NCBI GenBank assembly: GCA_963709345.1
Contig: CAVPVX010000011.1
Coordinates: forward strand, 192,001-256,000
Source: an uncultured Actinomycetes bacterium
Lineage (GTDB): Bacteria; Actinomycetota; Thermoleophilia; UBA2241
DNA length: 64,000 bases
Direction: 5' to 3'
The translations under genes and the position numbers were made by a program. Positions 41,896-54,177 of the stretch are shown one piece after another. A model generated the notes under the pieces. The model did not search any database. It was not told where the DNA came from and worked only from the letters and a program-made list of their open reading frames with translations. Every line of letters starts with the position of its first letter. Positions within the stretch are counted from its first letter, which is position 1.

Positions 41896-44184
41896 TTGGC
41901 CAAGAGCGACAAGAACGCCCGCGCGGCACGCCGGCAGGCGGCGCGCAAGAAGGCGGCTCGCGAAGAGGCGGCGCGCAAGCGCTCGCCGCGGCCGCCCGCC
42001 GCGGCCGCGCCCGCCGAGCGGCCGCCCGCCAAGCCGTCGCACACCGCGGCCGGGGAGTCTGCCGCCGCGGCCGAGAAGCCCTCCCGCGCGGCCGAGCCGC
42101 CCGAGTCGCCGGACGAGGCGATGAGCCTCGCCCGTCGCATCGCCTGGTGGGCGCTCCTGGCGATGGTGTTCCTGGTGCCCATCGCCATGAGCAACTTCAC
42201 CTTCATCGGCATCGACATGCCGTTCACCTACGACCAGTTCGACATCGTCAAGGTGGCCCTGCAGCGGGTGCTCGGCCTCGTCGCGCTCGGCGCCTGGGCC
42301 TGGGACATGCTCCGCAACGGCGGCAAGCTGCGCCGCACCCCCGTCGACTGGCTCATCCTCGCCTTCCTCGTCTGGGCGGCGATCACCACGATCACGTCGA
42401 TCCACTGGCCGATGGCTCTGTTCGGCAAGCCGCGGCGGTACGAGGGTCTGCTGTCCTTCGTCAACTACGCGGTCATCTACTTCCTCGTGCTGCAGTTCGC
42501 CTGCACGGCGGCGCGGGTGCGCATGCTGGCGCGGTCTCTCTTCTTCGGCAGCCTCGTGGTCGCCGGTTACGGCGCGCTCCAGGCCGTCGGGGTCGACCCG
42601 GTCCAGTGGGCCGCGCTGCCGTTCGAGGCCAACCGCGTCCTTCTCCACCTACGGCAACCCCGACCTGCTGGGCGGCTTCCTCATCTTCGCCGTCACCGTG
42701 GCGCTGGGCCTGGCGCTCACCGAGAAGAACCTCGTGTGGCGGCTCGTCTACTGGGCCGGCTTCGGCCTGAGCGGCCTGGTGCTGATCACCGCGTTCACGC
42801 GCGGCGCCTGGATCGGCGGCGGGCTGAGCCTGCTGCTTCTCGGGGTCATCGCCTGGCGTCATCGCGCGCCGCTGCGCCGTCTCGACTGGATCCCTGCGGG
42901 CGTGAGCGCCGCCGTGGGCATCGGCGTCATCGTGCGCAGTCTCTCGAGCTCCGACGACGTCATGAACTTCGGCAAGCGCCTCGCCTCGATCTTCGAGTTC
43001 GACGCCGGCAGCGGCCAGACGCGCACGGAGATCTGGCAGGCGGCGATCGCCGCCATCAAGGAGCGGCCCGTGCTCGGGTGGGGCGCCGACACGTTCCGCC
43101 TCGTGTTCCCCCAGTTCAAGCCGGTGGAATACGTGCGCGACGCCGGCGGTATGTCCGTGGCCGACAACGCGCACAACTACCCGCTGCAGCTGGCGGCGGG
43201 CGTGGGCATTCCCGGCATGCTCCTGCTGTACGGCGTCTTCGTGTGGGCCGGCATACGCTCGTTCCGCACCGTGTTCGGGCGCTCGCACGACGCCTCCCGC
43301 ATCGTCATCGGCGCCTTCTGGGCCGCCGCCGCCGGGTACCTCGTGCAGCTCTTCTTCGGGCTCTCGGTCACCGGCACCACGTTCCTGCTGTGGGCCGCGA
43401 TCGGCCGTGGTGCTCGCGCCGACCGCCCGGGTCGTGACCGTGAAGGCGCCGCGCTGGGGCGCCGCGGTGGCCGTGGTGATCCTCTGCGCCGCCGCCCTGG
43501 GCATCGGCTACCAGGGGCTCTTCATCCTCGCCGACAACGCGTATCTGCGGGCCGAGGCGACCGGCGACGGCGCCGAGAGCATCGAGTTGGTGCGCCGGGC
43601 CGCCCGGCTGCAGCCGCTGAACGGCACCTACAAGGAAGCCGTCGGGCTGGCCTACGCCGCGCGGGCGCGCGAGTATCTGCGGGCCGGCGCCGCCGCGCAG
43701 CAGCGCGGCGACGACACGACCCCGTACGCCGAAGCGCTTCAGGCAGAACTTCGCGAACGCGGAACGGGCGCTCAAGGAGGCGATCGCCTTCGTGCCGAGC
43801 GAGTACGACTCGTACGTCTCGCTGGCCGAGCTGTTCGTCCTCGGCGGAGAGGCGCTTCGCGAGGACCTGTACCAGAGCGCCGTCCAGGTCGCGCGCCAGG
43901 GCATCGAGGTCGAGCCCTTCGGCACGGCGATACGCGTGCAGCTCGCCCGCGCGCTTCTCGCGCAGGGCAAGACGGACGAAGCCGTCGAGGCGCTCGAGTA
44001 CGTGGTGCGCATCGACCCGTCGGACGGCCGCGCGGCGCTGCTCCTCGCGGGGGTCTATCAGCAGCGGGGCAAGACCGCCGAGGCGCTCGCCTTGCTCCGG
44101 GCCGTCGATGCACGGCTGCCCGGTCAGGCCGGCGTCGCCGAGGCTATCCGGCAGCTCGAGGCGGGCGAGCAGCCCGAGCAGTGA
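41896..44184 (+). CDS. O-antigen ligase/O-oligosaccharyltransferase family membrane protein with C-terminal TPRs (frameshifted)
   Basis: STYGNP, TRGAWIG, RTEIW, RPVLGWGADTF, DNAHNYPLQ; TPR-like helices at 43.8-44.2 kb. Confidence 0.83.
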
Positions 44185-44243
44185 CGCCGGCCGCCCGGCA
44201 GCGGCGCCGGCGACGGGCGCGGGCGCAGCGCGAGGCCGTACGC

Positions 44244-44288
44244 GACGAGGGAGGCCCGGGAACCGCAGGTTCCCGGGCCTCCCTCGTC
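44244..44288. terminator. Bidirectional hairpin between convergent genes
   Basis: Perfect 21-bp stem GACGAGGGAGGCCCGGGAACC-GCA-GGTTCCCGGGCCTCCCTCGTC. Confidence 0.78.
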
Positions 44289-44312
44289 AGCCGCCGAGCG
44301 TGTGCCGTCCGG

Positions 44313-44636
44313 TCAGGCGATCTCGAACTCCCGCAGGAAGTCCGCCTTGGAGCGCGCGCCGATGACCTTCTTCGCCGGCTCGCCGTCCTTGAACAGGATG
44401 ATCGTCGGGATGCTCATGATGCCGAACTTCTGCGCCGTCGCCGGATTCTCGTCGACGTTGAGCTTGCCGATGCTCACCTTGTCGCCGTGCTCGTCGGCGA
44501 TCTCGTCGAGCACGGGGCCGACCATGCGGCAGGGGCCGCACCACGGCGCCCAGAAGTCGACGATTATCGGATTGCTCGCGGCCGTCAGTTCGGTCTCGAA
44601 GGTCGCGTCGGTCAGGGTCTTCACTTCGGCTGCCAC
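44313..44636 (-). CDS. trxA: Thioredoxin
   Basis: DFWAPWCGPC, SIPT; RBS AGGAGG. Confidence 0.95.
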   Translation of the reverse strand: MAAEVKTLTDATFETELTAASNPIIVDFWAPWCGPCRMVGPVLDEIADEHGDKVSIGKLNVDENPATAQKFGIMSIPTIILFKDGEPAKKVIGARSKADFLREFEIA

Positions 44637-44693
44637 TTGGTCTCCTCCTTGGGGGGCAGGTCAGGCCCTGCCGGGTTGATCGTTGCGGTCGTG

Positions 44694-45086
44694 CTACAGC
44701 TTCTCGATGACGCGGCCCAGCCGAGCCTGGATGTCGTCGGCGATCGGGACGAGCTCCGCATTACCCACCATACCCAGCATCGCGCCGGCGTTCACGACGG
44801 TGACTCTGGTGCCGCCGTCGGTCTCGTAGACGACGACGTTGCAGGGCAGCAGGACCCCGATGTCCGGCTCGACGCCGATGGCGTCGTGGGCGGACTGCGG
44901 TCTGCAGGCTCCGAGGATCAAGTAGGGCCGGACGTCGGCGTCGAGCTTGTCCTTCATCGTCTGTTTGACGTCGATCTCGGTGATCACTCCGAAGCCCTCG
45001 GCCTTGAGGGCGTCGCGAACGCGCGCGACGACGATGTCGTAGGCGTCGTCGAACTCGCGACCGGTGCCGTATGCAGATGCGCTCAT
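44694..45086 (-). CDS. DUF302 family protein
   Basis: GFGVITEIDV, YLILGAC, IGVLLPCNVVV. Confidence 0.88.
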   Translation of the reverse strand: MSASAYGTGREFDDAYDIVVARVRDALKAEGFGVITEIDVKQTMKDKLDADVRPYLILGACRPQSAHDAIGVEPDIGVLLPCNVVVYETDGGTRVTVVNAGAMLGMVGNAELVPIADDIQARLGRVIEKL

Positions 45087-45120
45087 GGCAGGACTCCTCG
45101 GTGGTGGGGCTGCCGAGCTT

Positions 45121-45136
45121 ATACCCATTGGGGTAT
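45121..45136. promoter_or_regulatory. CsoR/CstR-family operator candidate
   Basis: ATACCC-ATTG-GGGTAT, about 35 bp upstream of the DUF302 start. Confidence 0.7.
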
Positions 45137-45322
45137 GCTTCCACGCCTCCGCGCGGCTGGGGCGCTCATGGCTACCATGCCCGCGCGATGCCGCCGCCAA
45201 TCGTTGGATCCGCGCCGGCGCTCCTCGCCGACTCCATGCCGTTTCCGGTATCATCGTAGGCTCACGGCCGTCGTTGCTCCGCAGCGCGGCCGGCACAGCT
45301 CCGTGACGAGAAGGTGGAACTT

Positions 45323-46980
45323 GTGAGAAGCGACGAGATCAAGCGCGGCGTGGCGCGCGCACCGCACCGGTCGCTGCTGCGCGCCCTCGGCATCAGCGAT
45401 GCGGAGATGGAGCGCCCCTTCATCGGCATCGCCAACTCGTTCAGCGAGGTCGTCCCCGGCCACGTGCATCTGCGTACCGTGGTCGATGCGGTCAAGGCCG
45501 GTGTGCGCGGGGCCGGGGGCGTGCCGCTCGAGTTCGGCGTCATGGGCATCTGCGACGGCATCGCCATGAACCACTCGGGCATGAACTACTCGCTGCCGAG
45601 CCGCGAGCTGATCGCCGACACGGTCGAGTCGATGACGCTGGCACATGCGTTCGACGCGCTCGTGCTGGTCCCGTGCTGCGACAAGATCGTGCCCGGCATG
45701 CTCATGGCGGCGATGCGCCTCAACGTGCCGGCCGTCATGGTGAGCGGCGGCGCCATGCTGGCGGGGCGCCTGGAAGGCCGTACCCTCGACCTGAACAGCG
45801 TGTTCGAAGCCGTGGGGCGGCACCAGGCCGGCGACCTCGGCGACGAAGGGCTCAAGGCGATCGAGTGCAGCGCCTGCCCGACCTGCGGGTCGTGCTCGGG
45901 CATGTTCACGGCGAACTCCATGAACTGCCTCGCCGAGGTCATCGGCATGGCTCTTCCCGGCAACGGCACGATCCCCGCCGTGTACAGCGAGCGACTGCGC
46001 TTCGCCAAAGAAGGCGGCGCGAAGGTCATGGACGTGCTCGCCGCCGACCTCAAGCCGCGCGACATCCTCACCGACGCGGCGGTGGGCAACGCGCTCGCCG
46101 CCGACGCCAGCCTGGGCTGCAGCACCAACACCGTGCTGCACCTGGCGGCTATCGCCACCGAGGCCGGGCTCGAGTTCGACCTGCGCCGGATCAACGAGGT
46201 AGCGGCGAAGGTCCCGCACCTCTGCAGGATGGCTCCCGCCGGCGCGCATCACATGGAAGACCTGTACCACGCCGGCGGCATCCAGGCGGTCATGAAGCAG
46301 CTCATCGAGGCCGGCCTCATGGACGGCTCCGCCCTCAGCGTGGCCGGCGGCACGGTGGGCGAGGCGGTGGCCGGCGCCCGCGTCGTCGACGACGACGTGA
46401 TCCGGCCCCTCGACCGGCCCTACCACGCCACCGGCGGCCTGGCCGTGCTGTTCGGGAACCTCGCTCCCGACGGCTCCGTGGTCAAGGAGGCCGCCGTCGC
46501 CGACGAGATGCTGCGGCACAGCGGGCCCGCGCGCGTGTTCGAGAGCGAAGAGGCCGCTGTGGCGGCCATCGCGGCGCGTGACATCGCGACCGGCTCGGTC
46601 GTCGTCATCCGCAACGAAGGCCCCAAGGGCGCGCCCGGCATGCCCGAGATGCTGAGCGCCACCTCCATGCTGTCCGGCCAGGGCCGCGACAAGGACGTCG
46701 CGCTCATCACCGACGGCCGCTTCAGCGGCGCGACGCGCGGCGCAGCCATCGGCCACGTGGCGCCGGAGGCCCAGGCCGGCGGCCTCATCGGCCTCGTCCA
46801 CGACGGCGACCCGATCACCATCGACATCCCCGCTCGCTCCCTCACACTCGACGTCTCGGAGGATGAGATCGCGCGGCGCAGGGCGGCGCAGCCGCCCATC
46901 ACGCCGCGCGAAGGCGTATCCGGGTATCTCGCCCGCTACGTCAAACTCGTCTCCGGCGCGGAGAAGGGAGCTGTTCTCCA

Positions 46981-46984
<4 letters not shown>
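45323..46984 (+). CDS. ilvD: Dihydroxy-acid dehydratase
   Basis: CDGIAM, CDKIVPG, CSGMFTANSM, EGPKGAPGMPEM, TDGRFSG. Confidence 0.96.
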
Positions 46985-48701
<1,717 letters not shown>

Positions 48702-48705
<4 letters not shown>

Positions 48706-49181
48706 AGCACACGCTCTCCATCCTCGTCGAGAACAAGCCCGGCGTGCTCACGCGGGTCGCCGGGCTCTTCGCCCGCCGCGGCTTCAACATCGAGAGCCTG
48801 GCCGTCGGCATGAGCGAGGATCCCCAGCTGAGCCGCATCACCATCGTCATCGACGGCGACGAGCACCCGGTGGACCAGGTCACGAAGCAGCTGCACAAGC
48901 TCATCAACGTGCTCAAGATCCGCGACCTCGACCCCGGCAACGCCGTGGCGGCCGAGCTGCTTCTGGTGCGCGTCGCCGGTGAGGGCGACAAGCGCGACGA
49001 GGTGCTGCAGATCGCCGAGATATTCAAGGCCAAGATCGTCGACGTCGACCGGCGGACGCTCGCGCTGCGAGTGGTCGGCACCAACGACAAGCTCGAGGCG
49101 CTGCTCGAACTGCTGCAGCCGCTCGGCGTGCTCGAGGTGGTGCGCACGGGGACGATCGCGATGGGGCGGGGGCGCGGCTGA
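48702..49181 (+). CDS. ilvN: Acetolactate synthase small subunit
   Basis: VENKPGVLTRVAGLFARRGFNIESL ACT domain. Confidence 0.96.
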
Positions 49182-49241
49182 GGCTGCGCCCGGCCGCTTC
49201 GTACGATCGCGCCGGTGTGCGCGTACCGGCGAGAGCGCGGC

Positions 49242-49925
49242 ATGAGCCCTGAGCTCGCCGCCGCGCTGTCGCTGGGCGCGCAGGCCTTCATCGTGGGGCT
49301 CTCGGGTGCCATGTCCCCGGGCCCGTACCTCACGGTGACGATCGCGCGCACCATGCAGAAGGGTCCCTTCTCAGCGGCGCTGATGCTCGTCGGGCACGCC
49401 GTCTTGGAGGCCGTGCTGCTGATCGGCTTCGCCTTTGGCCTGCAGCACGTTCTCCAGCTCTCGACCGTGATGCTGGTGCTCGCGCTTGCGGGCGGCGCGG
49501 TCGTGTTGTGGATGGGCTACGGCCTGCTGGCCGGAGCCGTACGAGGCACTATCGCCGCCGATCTGGAGAGCGCCGAGGGCGTCGCCGGCATGTCCGGTCA
49601 TCCCCTCGGCGCCGTCGCCCACGGCGCGATCGTCTCGCTCTCGAATCCCTTCTGGACGATCTGGTGGGCGACGATCGGCGTCAAACTCGCGGCCGACGGC
49701 CTTGCGATCGGGCCGATCGGTGTGGCCGCGTTCTTCATCGGGCACGAGCTTGCAGACATCTCGTGGTACGGGTTCGTGATCGCGGTCGTGCATCGCGGCA
49801 AGGGGCTGCTCACACCGCGCGTGTACTGCATCATCATGGGCGTGCTCGGTGCGGCCCTGCTCTACATCGGTCTGCGCTTCGTCGGCGAGGGACTCGGGAT
49901 CCACCTGCCCTGGCTGCCGCTGTAG
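49242..49925 (+). CDS. LysE family exporter
   Basis: GLSGAMSPGP, SLSNPFWTIWW. Confidence 0.85.
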   Translation: MSPELAAALSLGAQAFIVGLSGAMSPGPYLTVTIARTMQKGPFSAALMLVGHAVLEAVLLIGFAFGLQHVLQLSTVMLVLALAGGAVVLWMGYGLLAGAVRGTIAADLESAEGVAGMSGHPLGAVAHGAIVSLSNPFWTIWWATIGVKLAADGLAIGPIGVAAFFIGHELADISWYGFVIAVVHRGKGLLTPRVYCIIMGVLGAALLYIGLRFVGEGLGIHLPWLPL

Positions 49926-50049
49926 GCGACCCGGCCGGATCCGAGGTGGTCGCGCCACCGCCATGTGGCCGCTGCACGCGGCACTCTTGTGCCCGTCGTG
50001 TCGGCTCGTGGTACGGTGAGCCCGTCATGCGTTCGCGCGAGACTACAGA

Positions 50050-51294
50050 GTGAAGAGACTCCTGGGGCGGAGAAGCCGGTCGGAGCCACCCGAGGCGCTC
50101 AGTCACGACGCCGCAAGCCGCGCCGTGGGGCGCGTTGCTCTGTGGGGCGTGGTCGTCAGCCTTGCTCTTCTCGCCCTCACCGTGGTCATCGCGCTGGCAT
50201 CTCGCAGCCTTGCTCTCACCGCCGCGGCCGTGGACTGTGCCGTCGATGTCGTCGCTGCGCTCGTCCTCTGGTTGGGTCTCAAGCTCGCCGACCGCAAGTC
50301 GTCCAGGTTCCCGTTCGGCCTCTACAAGATCGAGAACCTGCTGCAAGTGACGATCGCCATCCTCATCTTCATCGCGGCATATGAGATCGGGGTGCAGGCG
50401 TTCAGCCCACGACAGGATGAAGCCAGCATCGACTTGTGGATCATCGCCGGCGTGGTGGTCGCCATCGTGGCCACCTGGGCCTACGGGTGGTACGCGGCCT
50501 CCTGGGGCAAGCGGGTCTCGTCGCCGGCACTGATCGCCGACGGCAAGCACCGCCAGACAGACGTCCTCTCGACCTCGCTCGTGCTCGCTGCCGTGATCTC
50601 GACCTACGCGGGTCTCGACATCGACCGGGTCGCGGCCGTCGTCATCCTCGTGTTCGCCGTCTACTCGGGCTGGGGTCTGCTCGTGGGCGGCATGAAGGTG
50701 CTTCTGGATGCATCGGTGGATGCCGCGACGACGGCGCAGATCCAGCGCCTGCTCGCAGCCGAGGCGCTGGTGGCTCAGGTCGACGATCTGGCGGTGCGCA
50801 GCGCCGGCCGCTATCTCTTTCTCGAGGCCACGCTGCGGCTGCGCACCGAGGACCTGGCCAAGGCTCATGCGACAAGTGAGCGTCTGGAGGCGGAGGTCCG
50901 CGCGGCGATCCCGGCAATCGAGCGGGTGAACTTCCACCTCGAGCCGCGGCGCCGCGAGATCCTTCATGTGGCCGTCCCGCTGGCTTCGGCGGACGGGGAC
51001 ATGAGCGGCGAGTTCGGCGAGGCACCGTACTTCGGCTTCGCCGAGGTGCGGGCGGCCGATGGCCGGGTGCTGCGGCAGGAGGTCATCGTGAACCCCAAGG
51101 CCGGGGCCGAGAAGCAGAAGGGCATCCTGGTCGCCGAGTGGCTCGTGGAACACCGCATCGATGTGCTCGTCACACGGCACGCGGTGAACAAGGGCCCGAG
51201 CTACGTGCTGCGAGAGGCCGGGGTGGAGACACGGATCGCGCAGCATCCCCGGTGGAGCGACGAGCTGGACAGGCTCCGGTCCGACGCCGGTTAG
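50050..51294 (+). CDS. Cation diffusion facilitator fused to a NifB/NifX-type domain
   Basis: FPFGLYKIE, ALIADGKHRQTD; C-terminal FGEAPYF...KGILVAEWL. Confidence 0.88.
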   Translation: MKRLLGRRSRSEPPEALSHDAASRAVGRVALWGVVVSLALLALTVVIALASRSLALTAAAVDCAVDVVAALVLWLGLKLADRKSSRFPFGLYKIENLLQVTIAILIFIAAYEIGVQAFSPRQDEASIDLWIIAGVVVAIVATWAYGWYAASWGKRVSSPALIADGKHRQTDVLSTSLVLAAVISTYAGLDIDRVAAVVILVFAVYSGWGLLVGGMKVLLDASVDAATTAQIQRLLAAEALVAQVDDLAVRSAGRYLFLEATLRLRTEDLAKAHATSERLEAEVRAAIPAIERVNFHLEPRRREILHVAVPLASADGDMSGEFGEAPYFGFAEVRAADGRVLRQEVIVNPKAGAEKQKGILVAEWLVEHRIDVLVTRHAVNKGPSYVLREAGVETRIAQHPRWSDELDRLRSDAG

Positions 51295-51305
51295 ACCTCG
51301 TCGCG

Positions 51306-51325
51306 TTGTGGGCATAAGCCCATAA
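51306..51325. promoter_or_regulatory. Palindromic operator candidate (related copy at 53397-53416)
   Basis: TTGTGGGCATAAGCCCATAA. Confidence 0.55.
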
Positions 51326-51347
51326 CCTTTCGACCTACTGGAGCACC

Positions 51348-52370
51348 ATGGACTCTCGCCTGCGGCATCTTCCCGTCTCGATGTTCTCGCTTATCCTCGG
51401 CCTTGCCGGCTACACCGTCGCCACGCAGCGCGTGTTCGGCTATCTCGGCTGGAACCCCACGATCGCGAACGTTCTCCTGGTCGCGATCACCGTGTTCTAC
51501 GTCGTGCTGCTGGTAGCGTACGGTCTCAAGGTGGCGATCTACCGGGACGCCATGCTCGCCGAGTTCCGCCATCCGGTGATGATCAACTTCTTCCCCACGA
51601 TCACGATCTCTCTCCTCCTGCTCAGCATCGCCTACGCGGGGCTGAGCACGCCGCTCTCGTACTACCTCTGGATCGCCGGCGCGGCGCTCAACTTCATCCT
51701 CACCATCGTCGTGCTCTCGACCTGGATGCGACACACGCGCTTCGAGATCACGCACTTCAGCCCGGCGTGGTTCATCCCCGTCGTCGGAAACCTGATCGTG
51801 CCCATTGTGGGGGTGCAGCACGCCCCGGCCGACATCTCCTGGCTGTTCTTCGCGACGGGTCTGGTGTTCGCGGTCGTCTTGATGGTGATCTTCGTGTACC
51901 GCATGGTGTTCCATCAGCCGCTCCACGACCGGCATCTGCCGACGCTGTTCATCATCATCGCGCCACCGGCCATTGGGATGATCGCCTACGTCAAGCTCAC
52001 GGGAGCGTTCGACTCGTTCGCGCGGATCCTGTACTTTCTCGCCGTGTTCTTCGTGATCTTCCTCGTCGCGCACATCCGCCTGTTCAGCCGGCTGCGCTTC
52101 TACCTCTCGTGGTGGGCGTACACCTTCCCGCTGGCGGCATTCACCATCGCGACGTTCCTGGTCGGCGAAGAGACGGGGACGGGCTTCTACCTGGATGCGG
52201 CAACGGTCCTCTGGGGGGCAGTGACAGTGCTGATCGTAGGGCTGCTCATGCGCACGGGGGTCGCGATGCGACGGCGAGAGATCTGCGTCGCCGAACCGGG
52301 AGTGGTGAAGGACGATCCTGCGCCGGATGCCGACGCACTTGCGCCGGAGGACAGCGCGGCCCGGGCGTGA
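51348..52370 (+). CDS. SLAC1/TehA (TDT) family anion channel
   Basis: HPVMINFFP, PAWFIPVVGN, SWWAYTFPL. Confidence 0.9.
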   Translation: MDSRLRHLPVSMFSLILGLAGYTVATQRVFGYLGWNPTIANVLLVAITVFYVVLLVAYGLKVAIYRDAMLAEFRHPVMINFFPTITISLLLLSIAYAGLSTPLSYYLWIAGAALNFILTIVVLSTWMRHTRFEITHFSPAWFIPVVGNLIVPIVGVQHAPADISWLFFATGLVFAVVLMVIFVYRMVFHQPLHDRHLPTLFIIIAPPAIGMIAYVKLTGAFDSFARILYFLAVFFVIFLVAHIRLFSRLRFYLSWWAYTFPLAAFTIATFLVGEETGTGFYLDAATVLWGAVTVLIVGLLMRTGVAMRRREICVAEPGVVKDDPAPDADALAPEDSAARA

Positions 52371-52394
52371 CGAGCCCGGCTCCCCGGGTAGTCC

Positions 52395-53291
52395 TCAGCC
52401 TGCCGTCGGCGAGCGGAGCAGGGCATGGGCCTGCAGGGGCAGGCCCGAATGGTGAGCCACGAGCGGGCACTTCACCTTGAACAGGAAGAAGATGTCGGCG
52501 CCGGCGTCACTCAGGGTCTCGTAGTTGCCCTGGCCCTTGGCGATGATCAGATCGGCCCGGTTGAAGACGTCACGAAAGCCCGGCGAGCAGTCGTCGAGGA
52601 GTGTGCCCGGCGCGTCGGAGCCGTTGTCGATCACCGGGGCCAACTCGTTGAGGCCGGCGGTGGCGGCATCGTCCAGCGTGGCATCGTTGAGCACCGGCCG
52701 GCCGCGGACCGCGATGGTCAGCCGCTCCGTGGGGAGTTGCTCGACCAGCAGGCGGTCGACTACGATCTCGCCGCTGTTGTCGGTGAGAAGCAGCAGTCGC
52801 CGGGCGTGTGCGACGGCGGCGCGGAAGTCGTCCACATCGCCGCGGAGAGGTTCCGTGAGGCCGGATTCGAGAGCCTGCACGACCCCGTTGCCGTCTTGTG
52901 ACGATCCCTCTTGCAGAGCGCCGGCCACGGCCGCTGCGTTCATCCCCGCATCCAGAACGTTGGCCGCAATCGCCAGGTGCGCCGCGCTGGCGAGGGGGTC
53001 GGCGGAGTCCTGCACCAGAGTCCGCAGACGCGGCAGCGCCGCGAGCGCCGCGCTGTTGGAGCGGCGCTTGATCTCGGCGTAGGGATCGTCGTTCTCCGTC
53101 AGACGGCGCACCAGACGATGGATGAGCTGGCCGATGTGCGGCGGAGACTGACCGGTCTTGATCTCCGCCGCCAGCATGGCCAGCGCTTCCTGCATGATCC
53201 GATGCTGCGTGGCGTCGTCGTCCGCGGCGGACCGTGCCGCCTCAAGAGCCTGACGCACGAGGCACGGTGTGCAGTCGAGCGTGGTGAGCAT
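52395..53291 (-). CDS. ARMT1/DUF89 damage-control phosphatase
   Basis: CTPC, DNSGEIVVD, PVLNDAT, KGQGNYETL, KVKC. Confidence 0.9.
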   Translation of the reverse strand: MLTTLDCTPCLVRQALEAARSAADDDATQHRIMQEALAMLAAEIKTGQSPPHIGQLIHRLVRRLTENDDPYAEIKRRSNSAALAALPRLRTLVQDSADPLASAAHLAIAANVLDAGMNAAAVAGALQEGSSQDGNGVVQALESGLTEPLRGDVDDFRAAVAHARRLLLLTDNSGEIVVDRLLVEQLPTERLTIAVRGRPVLNDATLDDAATAGLNELAPVIDNGSDAPGTLLDDCSPGFRDVFNRADLIIAKGQGNYETLSDAGADIFFLFKVKCPLVAHHSGLPLQAHALLRSPTAG

Positions 53292-53512
53292 GGGAGCCTC
53301 GAAGGCCTTTCGATCGCTGATGACGCGAGAGCGCTCGTGCCGATCGGACGCAGGTTCGAGGCGTGCGATCCTGCTGCCGACTCGGGCCCCACATGATAGT
53401 GGGCATATGCCTGTGCGACCACCCGCCGAGGCGGCCGGCCGTGGCGATGCGCCCTACGCAGTCTGTAGAATCCAGAGTTGGGCGTAGCGGTACCGTTCGA
53501 TTGGGGGATTCC

Positions 53513-54043
53513 GTGCGAATCGATGAGGCCGTTGCTAGCGATCTCGGCAGCGTGTTGGCCGTCGAACGCGCGGCGTTTGGTGGAGACGAGGAGGCGGGAC
53601 TCGTATACGACCTGCTCAACGATCCCAGCGCGAAACCACTGCTGTCGCTTCTTGCACGTGAAGGCGATCGCGCAGTCGGACACATCCTGTTCACTGCGGC
53701 TCGGCTGGATGGAGCAGATCGACACGTCTCAGTTGCGATACTCGCCCCGCTCGCAGTTGCCCCGGAATACCAACGGATCGGCATTGGCGGGAGCTTGATC
53801 GAGGAAGGTATCGCGCATCTGGCGTCGTCGGGTGTCGAGCTCGTCTTCGTGCTGGGGCATCCTCACTACTACCCTCGTCACGGTTTCGTTCCCGCGGGAC
53901 GCCTGGGGCTTTCTGCGCCGTATCCGATCGAGCCGGAGGATGCCTGGATGGTGCGGGCACTTCGTCAGGGAGTCATCGGAGACGTGCGCGGAATGGTCAT
54001 GTGCGCGCACGCGATGGATAAGCCGGAGTACTGGCGCGAGTAG
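53513..54043 (+). CDS. GNAT N-acetyltransferase (YhbS-like)
   Basis: LAPLAVAPEYQRIGIG, FVLGHPHYYPRHGF; start GTG after GGGGG. Confidence 0.9.
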   Translation: MRIDEAVASDLGSVLAVERAAFGGDEEAGLVYDLLNDPSAKPLLSLLAREGDRAVGHILFTAARLDGADRHVSVAILAPLAVAPEYQRIGIGGSLIEEGIAHLASSGVELVFVLGHPHYYPRHGFVPAGRLGLSAPYPIEPEDAWMVRALRQGVIGDVRGMVMCAHAMDKPEYWRE

Positions 54044-54073
54044 TGCACGCGCGGCACTCGGCTAGTTCGGGCC

Positions 54074-54161
54074 GCCCGACAAGCGCACCCAGCAGACGGC
54101 CAGAAGGTAGGATCGGGAAGAGAGGCGCACCGGCCGCAGCTGATGCGCAACAAGGCTAGAC
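54074..54161 (+). mobile_element. Degenerate attC-like integron cassette recombination site
   Basis: GCCCGAC-AAGCG-CACCCAGC-AGACGGCC...GGCCG-CA-GCTGATG-CGCAACAAG-GCTAGAC; R''/L''/L'/R' layout with an extra L'' base. Confidence 0.6.
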
Positions 54162-54177
54162 GGACAAGGACCGCTCG

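Noticed and set aside
45140-45322. Leader-peptide attenuator for the ilv genes (and for trpB at 60385-60464)
   Set aside because: No short Ile/Leu/Val- or Trp-rich ORF with terminator/antiterminator structure seen
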